From: Eledone cirrhosa | Taxonomy: Eukaryota | Length of the DNA stretch: 64,000 bases | NCBI GenBank assembly: GCA_964016885.1 | Contig: OZ024745.1 | Coordinates: 59,706,001-59,770,000, forward strand | Reading direction: 5' to 3' | Shown here: piece after piece, positions 1 to 14,270 of the stretch | How positions within the stretch are numbered: the stretch's first letter is position 1 | Layout: the number at the start of each line of letters is the position of its first letter | Program-made: the position numbers and the translations under genes | Notes under the pieces: model-generated | Told to the model about the DNA's origin: nothing | The model's database searches: none | What the model saw: the letters and a program-made list of their open reading frames with translations, nothing else

Positions 1-3000
1 CCTCGACTTGGAGTGAAAACCTCGACTTGGAGTGAAAACCTCGACTTGGAGTGAAAACCTCGACTTGGAGTGAAAACCTCGACTTGGAGTGAAAACCTCG
101 ACTTGGAGTGAAAACCTCGACTTGGAGTGAGAACCTCGACTTGGAGTGAGAACCTCGACTTGGAGTGAAAACCTCGACTTGGAGTGAAAACCTCGACTTG
201 GAGTGAAAACCTCGACTTGGAGTGAGAACCTCGACTTGGAGTGAAAACCTCGACTTGGAGTGAGAACCTCGACTTGGAGTGAGAACCTCGACTTGGAGTG
301 AGAACCTCGACTTGGAGTGAAAACCTCGACTTGGAGTGAGAACCTCGACTTGGAGTGAAAACCTCGACTTGGAGTGAGAACCTCGACTTGGAGTGAAAAC
401 CTCGACTTGGAGTGAAAACCTCGACTTGGAGTGAAAACCTCGACTTGGAGTGAAAACCTCGACTTGGAGTGAGAACCTCGACTTGGAGTGAAAACCTCGA
501 CTTGGAGTGAGAACCTCGACTTGGAGTGAGAACCTCGACTTGGAGTGAAAACCTCGACTTGGAGTGAAAACCTCGACTTGGAGTGAAAACCTCGACTTGG
601 AGTGAAAACCTCGACTTGGAGTGAAAACCTCGACTTGGAGTGAAAACCTCGACTTGGAGTGAAAACCTCGACTTGGAGTGAAAACCTCGACTTGGAGTGA
701 GAACCTCGACTTGGAGTGAGAACCTCGACTTGGAGTGAAAACCTCGACTTGGAGTGAGAACCTCGACTTGGAGTGAGAACCTCGACTTGGAGTGAGAACC
801 TCGACTTGGAGTGAGAACCTCGACTTGGAGTGAGAACCTCGACTTGGAGTGAAAACCTCGACTTGGAGTGAGAACCTCGACTTGGAGTGAAAACCTCGAC
901 TTGGAGTGAAAACCTCGACTTGGAGTGAAAACCTCGACTTGGAGTGAAAACCTCGACTTGGAGTGAAAACCTCGACTTGGAGTGAAAACCTCGACTTGGA
1001 GTGAGAACCTCGACTTGGAGTGAAAACCTCGACTTGGAGTGAGAACCTCGACTTGGAGTGAAAACCTCGACTTGGAGTGAGAACCTCGACTTGGAGTGAG
1101 AACCTCGACTTGGAGTGAGAACCTCGACTTGGAGTGAAAACCTCGACTTGGAGTGAGAACCTCGACTTGGAGTGAAAACCTCGACTTGGAGTGAAAACCT
1201 CGACTTGGAGTGAGAACCTCGACTTGGAGTGAAAACCTCGACTTGGAGTGAGAACCTCGACTTGGAGTGAGAACCTCGACTTGGAGTGAAAACCTCGACT
1301 TGGAGTGAGAACCTCGACTTGGAGTGAAAACCTCGACTTGGAGTGAAAACCTCGACTTGGAGTGAAAACCTCGACTTGGAGTGAAAACCTCGACTTGGAG
1401 TGAAAACCTCGACTTGGAGTGAGAACCTCGACTTGGAGTGAAAACCTCGACTTGGAGTGAAAACCTCGACTTGGAGTGAGAACCTCGACTTGGAGTGAAA
1501 ACCTCGACTTGGAGTGAGAACCTCGACTTGGAGTGAAAACCTCGACTTGGAGTGAAAACCTCGACTTGGAGTGAAAACCTCGACTTGGAGTGAGAACCTC
1601 GCCTTGGAGTGAAAACCTCGACTTGGAGTGAAAACCTCGACTTGGAGTGAAAACCTCGACTTGGAGTGAAAACCTCGACTTGGAGTGAGAACCTCGACTT
1701 GGAGTGAAAACCTCGACTTGGAGTGAGAACCTCGACTTGGAGTGAAAACCTCGACTTGGAGTGAAAACCTCGACTTGGAGTGAAAACCTCGACTTGGAGT
1801 GAGAACCTCGACTTGGAGTGAAAACCTCGACTTGGAGTGAGAACCTCGACTTGGAGTGAGAACCTCGACTTGGAGTGAAAACCTCGACTTGGAGTGAGAA
1901 CCTCGACTTGGAGTGAAAACCTCGACTTGGAGTGAGAACCTCGACTTGGAGTGAAAACCTCGACTTGGAGTGAAAACCTCGACTTGGAGTGAAAACCTCG
2001 ACTTGGAGTGAGAACCTCGACTTGGAGTGAAAACCTCGACTTGGAGTGAGAACCTCGACTTGGAGTGAGAACCTCGACTTGGAGTGAAAACCTCGACTTG
2101 GAGTGAAAACCTCGACTTGGAGTGAAAACCTCGACTTGGAGTGAGAACCTCGACTTGGAGTGAAAACCTCGACTTGGAGTGAAAACCTCGACTTGGAGTG
2201 AAAACCTCGACTTGGAGTGAGAACCTCGACTTGGAGTGAAAACCTCGACTTGGAGTGAAAACCTCGACTTGGAGTGAAAACCTCGACTTGGAGTGAAAAC
2301 CTCGACTTGGAGTGAAAACCTCGACTTGGAGTGAAAACCTCGACTTGGAGTGAGAACCTCGACTTGGAGTGAGAACCTCGACTTGGAGTGAGAACCTCGA
2401 CTTGGAGTGAAAACCTCGACTTGGAGTGAGAACCTCGACTTGGAGTGAAAACCTCGACTTGGAGTGAGAACCTCGACTTGGAGTGAAAACCTCGACTTGG
2501 AGTGAAAACCTCGACTTGGAGTGAGAACCTCGACTTGGAGTGAAAACCTCGACTTGGAGTGAGAACCTCGACTTGGAGTGAAAACCTCGACTTGGAGTGA
2601 GAACCTCGACTTGGAGTGAGAACCTCGACTTGGAGTGAGAACCTCGACTTGGAGTGAGAACCTCGACTTGGAGTGAAAACCTCGACTTGGAGTGAGAACC
2701 TCGACTTGGAGTGAAAACCTCGACTTGGAGTGAAAACCTCGACTTGGAGTGAAAACCTCGACTTGGAGTGAAAACCTCGACTTGGAGTGAAAACCTCGAC
2801 TTGGAGTGAGAACCTCGACTTGGAGTGAGAACCTCGACTTGGAGTGAGAACCTCGACTTGGAGTGAGAACCTCGACTTGGAGTGAGAACCTCGACTTGGA
2901 GTGAAAACCTCGACTTGGAGTGAAAACCTCGACTTGGAGTGAAAACCTCGACTTGGAGTGAAAACCTCGACTTGGAGTGAAAACCTCGACTTGGAGTGAA

Positions 3001-3480
3001 AACCTCGACTTGGAGTGAGAACCTCGACTTGGAGTGAAAACCTCGACTTGGAGTGAGAACCTCGACTTGGAGTGAAAACCTCGACTTGGAGTGAGAACCT
3101 CGACTTGGAGTGAGAACCTCGACTTGGAGTGAAAACCTCGACTTGGAGTGAGAACCTCGACTTGGAGTGAAAACCTCGACTTGGAGTGAGAACCTCGCCT
3201 TGGAGTGAAAACCTCGACTTGGAGTGAAAACCTCGACTTGGAGTGAGAACCTCGACTTGGAGTGAAAACCTCGACTTGGAGTGAGAACCTCGACTTGGAG
3301 TGAGAACCTCGACTTGGAGTGAAAACCTCGACTTGGAGTGAAAACCTCGACTTGGAGTGAAAACCTCGACTTGGAGTGAGAACCTCGACTTGGAGTGAGA
3401 ACCTCGACTTGGAGTGAGAACCTCGACTTGGAGTGAGAACCTCGACTTGGAGTGAGAACCTCGACTTGGAGTGAAAACCT
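1..3480. repeat. Highly homogeneous sub-array, essentially only A-type and G-type monomers
   Basis: The only other variants I see are two GAC>GCC changes at ~1602 and ~3198. Other variants (GATTT, GAATCT) start at ~3482. Confidence 0.85.
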
Positions 3481-6400
3481 CGATTTGGAGTGAGAATCTC
3501 GACTTGGAGTGAAAACCTCGATTTGGAGTGAAAACCTCGACTTGGAGTGAAAACCTCGACTTGGAGTGAGAACCTCGACTTGGAGTGAGAACCTCGACTT
3601 GGAGTGAGAACCTCGACTTGGAGTGAAAACCTCGACTTGGAGTGAGAACCTCGACTTGGAGTGAGAACCTCGACTTGGAGTGAGAACCTCGACTTGGAGT
3701 GAAAACCTCGACTTGGAGTGAGAACCTCGACTTGGAGTGAGAACCTCGACTTGGAGTGAAAACCTCGACTTGGAGTGAGAACCTCGACTTGGAGTGAAAA
3801 CCTCGACTTGGAGTGAGAACCTCGACTTGGAGTGAAAACCTCGACTTGGAGTGAAAACCTCGACTTGGAGTGAAAACCTCGACTTGGAGTGAGAACCTCG
3901 ACTTGGAGTGAAAACCTCGACTTGGAGTGAGAACCTCGCCTAGGAGTGAAAACCTCCACTTTGAGTGAGAACCTCGATTGGAGTGAAAACCTCGACTTGG
4001 AGTGAGAACCTCGACTTGGAGTGAAAACCTCGACTTGGAGTGAGAACCTCGACTTGGAGTGAAAACCTCGACTTGGAGTGAAAACCTCGGCTTGGAGTGA
4101 AAACCTCGACTTGGAGTGAAAACCTCGGCTTGGAGTGAAAACCTCGACTTGGAGTGAAAACCTCGACTTGGAGTGAAAACCTCGACTTGGAGTGAGAACC
4201 TCGAGTTGGAGTGAGAACCTCGACTTGGAGTGAGAACCTCGACTTGGAGTGAAAACCTCGACTTGGAGTGAGAACCTCGACTTGGAGTGAAAACCTCGAC
4301 ATGGAGTGAAAACCGCGACTTGGAGTGAGAACCTCGTCTTGGAGTGAAAACCTCGACTTGGAGTGAAAACCTCGACTTGGAGTGAAAACCTCGACTTGGA
4401 GTGAGAACCTCGACTTGGAGTGAAAACCTCGACTTGGAGTGAGAACCTCGCCTTGGAGTGAAAACCTTGACTTTGAGTGAGAACCTCGATTGGAGTGAAA
4501 ACCTCGACTTGGAGTGAGAACCTCGACTTGGAGTGAAAACCTCGACTTGGAGTGAGAACCTCGACTTGGAGTGAAAACCTCGACTTGGAGTGAAAACCTC
4601 GACTTGGAGTGAAAACCTCGACTTGGAGTGAAAACCTCGACTTGGAGTGAAAACCTCGACTTGGAGTGAGAACCTCGACTTGGAGTGAAAACCTCGACTT
4701 GGAGTGAAAACCTCGACTTGGAGTGAGAACCTCGACTTGGAGTGAAAACCTCGACTTGGAGTGAAAACCTCGACTTGGAGTGAAAACCTCGACTTGGAGT
4801 GAAAACCTCGACTTGGAGTGAGAACCTCGCCTTGGAGTGAAAACCTCGACTTTGAGTGAGAACCTCGATTGGAGTGAAAACCTCGACTTGGAGTGAAAAC
4901 CTCGACTTGGAGTGAGAACCTCGACTTGGAGTGAAAACCTCGACTTGGAGTGAAAACCTCGACTTGGAGTGAAAACCTCGACTTGGAGTGAAAACCTCGA
5001 CTTGGAGTGAAAACCTCGACTTGGAGTGAAAACCTCGACTTGGAGTGAGAACCTCGACTTGGAGTGAGAACCTCGACTTGGAGTGAAAACCTCGACTTGG
5101 AGTGAAAACCTCGACTTGGAGTGAAAACCTCGACTTGGAGTGAGAACCTCGACTTGGAGTGAGAACCTCGACTTGGAGTGAGAACCTCGACTTGGAGTGA
5201 GAACCTCGACTTGGAGTGAGAACCTCGACTTGGAGTGAAAACCTCGACTTGGAGTGAGAACCTCGACTTGGAGTGAAAACCTCGACTTGGAGTGAAAACC
5301 TCGACTTGGAGTGAGAACCTCGACTTGGAGTGAAAACCTCGACTTGGAGTGAAAACCTCGACTTGGAGTGAGAACCTCGACTTGGAGTGAAAACCTCGAC
5401 TTGGAGTGAGAACCTCGACTTGGAGTGAGAACCTCGACTTGGAGTGAGAACCTCGACTTGGAGTGAAAACCTCGACTTGGAGTGAGAACCTCGACTTGGA
5501 GTGAAAACCTCGACTTGGAGTGAGAACCTCGACTTGGAGTGAAAACCTCGACTTGGAGTGAGAACCTCGCCTTGGAGTGAAAACCTCGACTTTGAGTGAG
5601 AACCTCGATTGGAGTGAAAACCTCGACTTGGAGTGAAAACCTCGACTTGGAGTGAGAACCTCGACTTGGAGTGAAAACCTCGACTTGGAGTGAAAACCTC
5701 GACTTGGAGTGAAAACCTCGACTTGGAGTGAAAACCTCGACTTGGAGTGAAAACCTCGACTTGGAGTGAAAACCTCGACTTGGAGTGAAAACCTCGACTT
5801 GGAGTGAGAACCTCGACTTGGAGTGAGAACCTCGACTTGGAGTGAAAACCTCGACTTGGAGTGAAAACCTCGACTTGGAGTGAAAACCTCGACTTGGAGT
5901 GAAAACCTCGACTTGGAGTGAGAACCTCGACTTGGAGTGAGAACCTCGACTTGGAGTGAGAACCTCGACTTGGAGTGAGAACCTCGACTTGGAGTGAAAA
6001 CCTCGACTTGGAGTGAGAACCTCGACTTGGAGTGAAAACCTCGACTTGAAGTGAGAACCTCGACTTGGAGTGAAAACCTCGACTTGGAGTGAGAACCTCG
6101 ACTTGGAGTGAAAACCTCGACTTGGAGTGAAAACCTCGACTTGGAGTGAGAACCTCGACTTGGAGTGAAAACCTCGACTTGGAGTGAGAACCTCGCCTTG
6201 GAGTGAGAACCTCGACTTGGAGTGAGAACCTCGACTTGGAGTGAGAACCTCGATTTGGAGTGAGAACCTCGACTTGGAGTGAAAACCTCGACTTGGAGTG
6301 AAAACCTCGACTTGGAGTGAAAACCTAGACTTGGAGTGAAAACCTAGACTTGGAGTGAAAACCTCGATTTGGAGTGAAAACCTCGACTTGGAGTGAAAAC

Positions 6401-7393
6401 CTCGATTTGGAGTGAAAACCTCGACTTGGAGTGAGAACCTCGACTTGGAGTGAGAACCTCGACTTGGAGTGAAAACCTCGACTTGGAGTGAGAACCTCGA
6501 CTTGGAGTGAGAACCTCGACTTGGAGTGAGAACCTCGACTTGGAGTGAAAACCTCGACTTGGAGTGAGAACCTCGACTTGGAGTGAAAACCTCGACTTGG
6601 AGTGAGAACCTCGCCTTGGAGTGAAAACCTCGACTTGGAGTGAAAACCTCGACTTGGAGTGAGAACCTCGACTTGGAGTGAAAACCTCGACTTGGAGTGA
6701 GAACCTCGACTTGGAGTGAGAACCTCGACTTGGAGTGAAAACCTCGACTTGGAGTGAAAACCTCGACTTGGAGTGAAAACCTCGACTTGGAGTGAGAACC
6801 TCGACTTGGAGTGAGAACCTCGACTTGGAGTGAGAACCTCGATTTGGAGTGAGAACCTCGATTTGGAGTGAGAACCTCGACTTGGAGTGAAAACCTCGAT
6901 TTGGAGTGAGAATCTCGACTTGGAGTGAAAACCTCGATTTGGAGTGAAAACCTCGACTTGGAGTGAAAACCTCGACTTGGAGTGAGAACCTCGACTTGGA
7001 GTGAGAACCTCGACTTGGAGTGAGAACCTCGACTTGGAGTGAAAACCTCGACTTGGAGTGAGAACCTCGACTTGGAGTGAGAACCTCGACTTGGAGTGAG
7101 AACCTCGAGTTGGAGTGAGAACCTCGACTTGGAGTGAAAACCTCGACTTGGAGTGAGAACCTCGACTTGGAGTGAAAACCTCGACTTGGAGTGAGAACCT
7201 CGACTTGGAGTGAAAACCTCGACTTGGAGTGAGAACCTCGACTTGGAGTGAAAACCGCGACTTGGAGTGAGAACCTCGACTTGGAGTGAGAACCTCGACT
7301 TGGAGTGAAAACCTCGACTTGGAGTGAAAACCTCGACTTGGAGTGAGAACCTCGACTTGGAGTGAAAACCTCGACTTGGAGTGAGAACCTCGC

Positions 7394-10300
7394 CTAGGAG
7401 TGAAAACCTCCACTTTGAGTGAGAACCTCGATTGGAGTGAAAACCTCGACTTGGAGTGAGAACCTCGACTTGGAGTGAAAACCTCGACTTGGAGTGAGAA
7501 CCTCGACTTGGAGTGAAAACCTCGACTTGGAGTGAAAACCTCGGCTTATAGTGAAAACCTCGACTTGGAGTGAAAACCTCGGCTTGGAGTGAAAACCTCG
7601 ACTTGGAGTGAAAACCTCGACTTGGAGTGAAAACCTCGACTTGGAGTGAGAACCTCGAGTTGGAGTGAGAACCTCGACTTGGAGTGAGAACCTCGACTTG
7701 GAGTGAAAACCTCGACATGGAGTGAGAACCTCGACTTGGAGTGAAAACCTCGACATGGAGTGAAAACCGCGACTTGGAGTGAGAACCTCGTCTTGGAGTG
7801 AAAACCTCGACTTGGAGTGAAAACCTCGACTTGGAGTGAGAACCTCGACTTGGAGTGAAAACCTCGACTTGGAGTGAGAACCTCGCCTTGGAGTGAAAAC
7901 CTCGACTTTGAGTGAGAACCTCGATTGGAGTGAAAACCTCGACTTGGAGTGAGAACCTCGACTTCGAGTGAAAACCTCGACTTGGAGTGAGAACCTCGAC
8001 TTGGAGTGAAAACCTCGACTTGGAGTGAAAACCTCGACTTGGAGTGAAAACCTCGACTTGGAGTGAAAACCTCGACTTGGAGTGAAAACCTCGACTTGGA
8101 GTGAAAACCTCGACTTGGAGTGAAAACCTCGACTTGGAGTGAAAACCTCGACTTGGAGTGAGAACCTCGACTTGGAGTGAGAACCTCGACTTGGAGTGAA
8201 AACCTCGACTTGGAGTGAGAACCTCGACTTGGAGTGAGAACCTCGATTTGGAGTGAAAACCTCGACTTGGAGTGAAAACCTCGACTTGGAGTGAGAACCT
8301 CGACTTGGAGTGAAAACCTCGACTTGGAGTGAGAACCTCGCCTTGGAGTGAAAACCTCGACTTTGAGTGAGAACCTCGATTGGAGTGAAAACCTCGACTT
8401 GGAGTGAAAACCTCGACTTGGAGTGAGAACCTCGACTTGGAGTGAAAACCTCGACTTGGAGTGAAAACCTCGACTTGGAGTGAAAACCTCGACTTGGAGT
8501 GAAAACCTCGACTTGGAGTGAAAACCTCGACTTGGAGTGAAAACCTCGACTTGGAGTGAGAACCTCGACTTGGAGTGAGAACCTCGACTTGGAGTGAAAA
8601 CCTCGACTTGGAGTGAAAACCTCGACTTGGAGTGAAAACCTCGACTTGGAGTGAGAACCTCGACTTGGAGTGAGAACCTCGACTTGGAGTGAGAACCTCG
8701 ACTTGGAGTGAGAACCTCGACTTGGAGTGAGAACCTCGACTTGGAGTGAAAACCTCGACTTGGAGTGAGAACCTCGACTTGGAGTGAAAACCTCGACTTG
8801 GAGTGAGAACCTCGACTTGGAGTGAAAACCTCGACTTGGAGTGAAAACCTCGACTTGGAGTGAGAACCTCGACTTGGAGTGAAAACCTCGACTTGGAGTG
8901 AGAACCTCGCCTTGGAGTGAGAACCTCGACTTGGAGTGAGAACCTCGACTTGGAGTGAGAACCTCGATTTGGAGTGAGAACCTCGACTTGGAGTGAAAAC
9001 CTCGACTTGGAGTGAAAACCTCGACTTGGAGTGAAAACCTAGACTTGGAGTGAAAACCTCGATTTGGAGTGAAAACCTCGACTTGGAGTGAAAACCTCGA
9101 TTTGGAGTGAAAACCTCGACTTGGAGTGAGAACCTCGACTTGGAGTGAGAACCTCGACTTGGAGTGAAAACCTCGACTTGGAGTGAGAACCTCGACTTGG
9201 AGTGAGAACCTCGACTTGGAGTGAGAACCTCGACTTGGAGTGAAAACCTCGACTTGGAGTGAGAACCTCGACTTGGAGTGAAAACCTCGACTTGGAGTGA
9301 GAACCTCGCCTTGGAGTGAAAACCTCGACTTGGAGTGAAAACCTCCACTTTGAGTGAGAACCTCGATTGGAGTGAAAACCTCGACTTGGAGTGAGAACCT
9401 CGACTTGGAGTGAAAACCTCGACTTGGAGTGAGAACCTCGACTTGGAGTGAAAACCTCGACTTGGAGTGAAAACCTCGGCTTGGAGTGAAAACCTCGACT
9501 TGGAGTGAAAACCTCGGCTTGGAGTGAAAACCTCGGCTTGGAGTGAAAACCTCGACTTGGAGTGAAAACCTCGACTTGGAGTGAAAACCTCGACTTGGAG
9601 TGAGAACCTCGAGTTGGAGTGAGAACCTCGACTTGGAGTGAGAACCTCGACTTGGAGTGAAAACCTCGACATGGAGTGAGAACCTCGACTTGGAGGAAAA
9701 CCTCGACATGGAGTGAAAACCGCGACTTGGAGTGAGAACCTCGTCTTGGAGTGAAAACCTCGACTTGGAGTGAAAACCTCGACTTGGAGTGAGAACCTCG
9801 ACTTGGAGTGAAAACCTCGACTTGGAGTGAGAACCTCGCCTTGGAGTGAAAACCTCGACTTTGAGTGAGAACCTCGATTGGAGTGAAAACCTCGACTTGG
9901 AGTGAGAACCTCGACTTGGAGTGAAAACCTCGACTTGGAGTGAGAACCTCGACTTGGAGTGAAAACCTCGACTTGGAGTGAAAACCTCGACTTGGAGTGA
10001 AAACCTCGACTTGGAGTGAAAACCTCGACTTGGAGTGAAAACCTCGACTTGGAGTGAGAACCTCGACTTGGAGTGAAAACCTCGACTTGGAGTGAGAACC
10101 TCGACTTGGAGTGAGAACCTCGATTTGGAGTGAAAACCTCGACTTGGAGTGAAAACCTCGACTTGGAGTGAGAACCTCGACTTGGAGTGAAAACCTCGAC
10201 TTGGAGTGAGAACCTCGCCTTGGAGTGAAAACCTCGACTTTGAGTGAGAACCTCGATTGGAGTGAAAACCTCGACTTGGAGTGAAAACCTCGACTTGGAG

Positions 10301-13300
10301 TGAGAACCTCGACTTGGAGTGAAAACCTCGACTTGGAGTGAAAACCTCGACTTGGAGTGAAAACCTCGACTTGGAGTGAAAACCTCGACTTGGAGTGAAA
10401 ACCTCGACTTGGAGTGAAAACCTCGACTTGGAGTGAGAACCTCGACTTGGAGTGAAAACCTCGACTTGGAGTGAAAACCTCGACTTGGAGTGAAAACCTC
10501 GACTTGGAGTGAAAACCTCGACTTGGAGTGAGAACCTCGACTTGGAGTGAGAACCTCGACTTGGAGTGAGAACCTCGACTTGGAGTGAGAACCTCGACTT
10601 GGAGTGAAAACCTCGACTTGGAGTGAGAACCTCGACTTGGAGTGAAAACCTCGACTTGGAGTGAGAACCTCGACTTGGAGTGAAAACCTCGACTTGGAGT
10701 GAGAACCTCGAGTTGGAGTGAGAACCTCGACTTGGAGTGAAAACCTCGACTTGGAGTGAGAACCTCGACTTGGAGTGAAAACCTCGACTTGGAGTGAGAA
10801 CCTCGACTTGGAGTGAAAACCTCGACTTGGAGTGAGAACCTCGACTTGGAGTGAAAACCGCGACTTGGAGTGAGAACCTCGACTTGGAGTGAGAACCTCG
10901 ACTTGGAGTGAAAACCTCGACTTGGAGTGAAAACCTCGACTTGGAGTGAGAACCTCGACTTGGAGTGAAAACCTCGACTTGGAGTGAGAACCTCGCCTAG
11001 GAGTGAAAACCTCCACTTTGAGTGAGAACCTCGATTGGAGTGAAAACCTCGACTTGGAGTGAGAACCTCGACTTGGAGTGAAAACCTCGACTTGGAGTGA
11101 GAACCTCGACTTGGAGTGAAAACCTCGACTTGGAGTGAAAACCTCGGCTTATAGTGAAAACCTCGACTTGGAGTGAAAACCTCGGCTTGGAGTGAAAACC
11201 TCGACTTGGAGTGAAAACCTCGACTTGGAGTGAAAACCTCGACTTGGAGTGAGAACCTCGAGTTGGAGTGAGAACCTCGACTTGGAGTGAGAACCTCGAC
11301 TTGGAGTGAAAACCTCGACATGGAGTGAGAACCTCGACTTGGAGTGAAAACCTCGACATGGAGTGAAAACCGCGACTTGGAGTGAGAACCTCGTCTTGGA
11401 GTGAAAACCTCGACTTGGAGTGAAAACCTCGACTTGGAGTGAGAACCTCGACTTGGAGTGAAAACCTCGACTTGGAGTGAGAACCTCGCCTTGGAGTGAA
11501 AACCTCGACTTTGAGTGAGAACCTCGATTGGAGTGAAAACCTCGACTTGGAGTGAGAACCTCGACTTCGAGTGAAAACCTCGACTTGGAGTGAGAACCTC
11601 GACTTGGAGTGAAAACCTCGACTTGGAGTGAAAACCTCGACTTGGAGTGAAAACCTCGACTTGGAGTGAAAACCTCGACTTGGAGTGAAAACCTCGACTT
11701 GGAGTGAAAACCTCGACTTGGAGTGAAAACCTCGACTTGGAGTGAAAACCTCGACTTGGAGTGAGAACCTCGACTTGGAGTGAGAACCTCGACTTGGAGT
11801 GAAAACCTCGACTTGGAGTGAGAACCTCGACTTGGAGTGAGAACCTCGATTTGGAGTGAAAACCTCGACTTGGAGTGAAAACCTCGACTTGGAGTGAGAA
11901 CCTCGACTTGGAGTGAAAACCTCGACTTGGAGTGAGAACCTCGCCTTGGAGTGAAAACCTCGACTTTGAGTGAGAACCTCGATTGGAGTGAAAACCTCGA
12001 CTTGGAGTGAAAACCTCGACTTGGAGTGAGAACCTCGACTTGGAGTGAAAACCTCGACTTGGAGTGAAAACCTCGACTTGGAGTGAAAACCTCGACTTGG
12101 AGTGAAAACCTCGACTTGGAGTGAAAACCTCGACTTGGAGTGAAAACCTCGACTTGGAGTGAGAACCTCGACTTGGAGTGAGAACCTCGACTTGGAGTGA
12201 AAACCTCGACTTGGAGTGAAAACCTCGACTTGGAGTGAAAACCTCGACTTGGAGTGAGAACCTCGACTTGGAGTGAGAACCTCGACTTGGAGTGAGAACC
12301 TCGACTTGGAGTGAGAACCTCGACTTGGAGTGAGAACCTCGACTTGGAGTGAAAACCTCGACTTGGAGTGAGAACCTCGACTTGGAGTGAAAACCTCGAC
12401 TTGGAGTGAGAACCTCGACTTGGAGTGAAAACCTCGACTTGGAGTGAAAACCTCGACTTGGAGTGAGAACCTCGACTTGGAGTGAAAACCTCGACTTGGA
12501 GTGAGAACCTCGCCTTGGAGTGAGAACCTCGACTTGGAGTGAGAACCTCGACTTGGAGTGAGAACCTCGATTTGGAGTGAGAACCTCGACTTGGAGTGAA
12601 AACCTCGACTTGGAGTGAAAACCTCGACTTGGAGTGAAAACCTAGACTTGGAGTGAAAACCTCGATTTGGAGTGAAAACCTCGACTTGGAGTGAAAACCT
12701 CGATTTGGAGTGAAAACCTCGACTTGGAGTGAGAACCTCGACTTGGAGTGAGAACCTCGACTTGGAGTGAAAACCTCGACTTGGAGTGAGCACCTCGACT
12801 TGGAGTGAGAACCTCGACTTGGAGTGAGAACCTCGACTTGGAGTGAAAACCTCGACTTGGAGTGAGAACCTCGACTTGGAGTGAAAACCTCGACTTGGAG
12901 TGAGAACCTCGCCTTGGAGTGAAAACCTCGACTTGGAGTGAAAACCTCCACTTTGAGTGAGAACCTCGATTGGAGTGAAAACCTCGACTTGGAGTGAGAA
13001 CCTCGACTTGGAGTGAAAACCTCGACTTGGAGTGAGAACCTCGACTTGGAGTGAAAACCTCGACTTGGAGTGAAAACCTCGGCTTGGAGTGAAAACCTCG
13101 ACTTGGAGTGAAAACCTCGGCTTGGAGTGAAAACCTCGACTTGGAGTGAAAACCTCGACTTGGAGTGAAAACCTCGACTTGGAGTGAGAACCTCGAGTTG
13201 GAGTGAGAACCTCGACTTGGAGTGAGAACCTCGACTTGGAGTGAAAACCTCGACATGGAGTGAGAACCTCGACTTGGAGGAAAACCTCGACATGGAGTGA

Positions 13301-14270
13301 AAACCGCGACTTGGAGTGAGAACCTCGTCTTGGAGTGAAAACCTCGACTTGGAGTGAAAACCTCGACTTGGAGTGAGAACCTCGACTTGGAGTGAAAACC
13401 TCGACTTGGAGTGAGAACCTCGCCTTGGAGTGAAAACCTCGACTTTGAGTGAGAACCTCGATTGGAGTGAAAACCTCGACTTGGAGTGAGAACCTCGACT
13501 TGGAGTGAAAACCTCGACTTGGAGTGAGAACCTCGACTTGGAGTGAAAACCTCGACTTGGAGTGAAAACCTCGACTTGGAGTGAAAACCTCGACTTGGAG
13601 TGAAAACCTCGACTTGGAGTGAAAACCTCGACTTGGAGTGAGAACCTCGACTTGGAGTGAAAACCTCGACTTGGAGTGAGAACCTCGACTTGGAGTGAGA
13701 ACCTCGATTTGGAGTGAAAACCTCGACTTGGAGTGAAAACCTCGACTTGGAGTGAGAACCTCGACTTGGAGTGAAAACCTCGACTTGGAGTGAGAACCTC
13801 GCCTTGGAGTGAAAACCTCGACTTTGAGTGAGAACCTCGATTGGAGTGAAAACCTCGACTTGGAGTGAAAACCTCGACTTGGAGTGAGAACCTCGACTTG
13901 GAGTGAAAACCTCGACTTGGAGTGAAAACCTCGACTTGGAGTGAAAACCTCGACTTGGAGTGAAAACCTCGACTTGGAGTGAAAACCTCGACTTGGAGTG
14001 AAAACCTCGACTTGGAGTGAGAACCTCGACTTGGAGTGAAAACCTCGACTTGGAGTGAAAACCTCGACTTGGAGTGAAAACCTCGACTTGGAGTGAAAAC
14101 CTCGACTTGGAGTGAGAACCTCGACTTGGAGTGAGAACCTCGACTTGGAGTGAGAACCTCGACTTGGAGTGAGAACCTCGACTTGGAGTGAAAACCTCGA
14201 CTTGGAGTGAGAACCTCGACTTGGAGTGAAAACCTCGACTTGGAGTGAGAACCTCGACTTGGAGTGAAAA
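7394..14270. repeat. Tandem segmental duplication, offset 3603 bp (~7.4-10.7 kb repeated at ~11.0-14.3 kb)
   Basis: Rare markers recur at +3603: CGCCTAGG 7394/10997, CTTATAGTG 7546/11149, TTCGAGTG ~7963/11566, CTAGAC 9039/12642. The 18-bp GGAGGAAAA unit is at ~9696/13280 (one monomer shorter). Ends are approximate. Confidence 0.85.
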
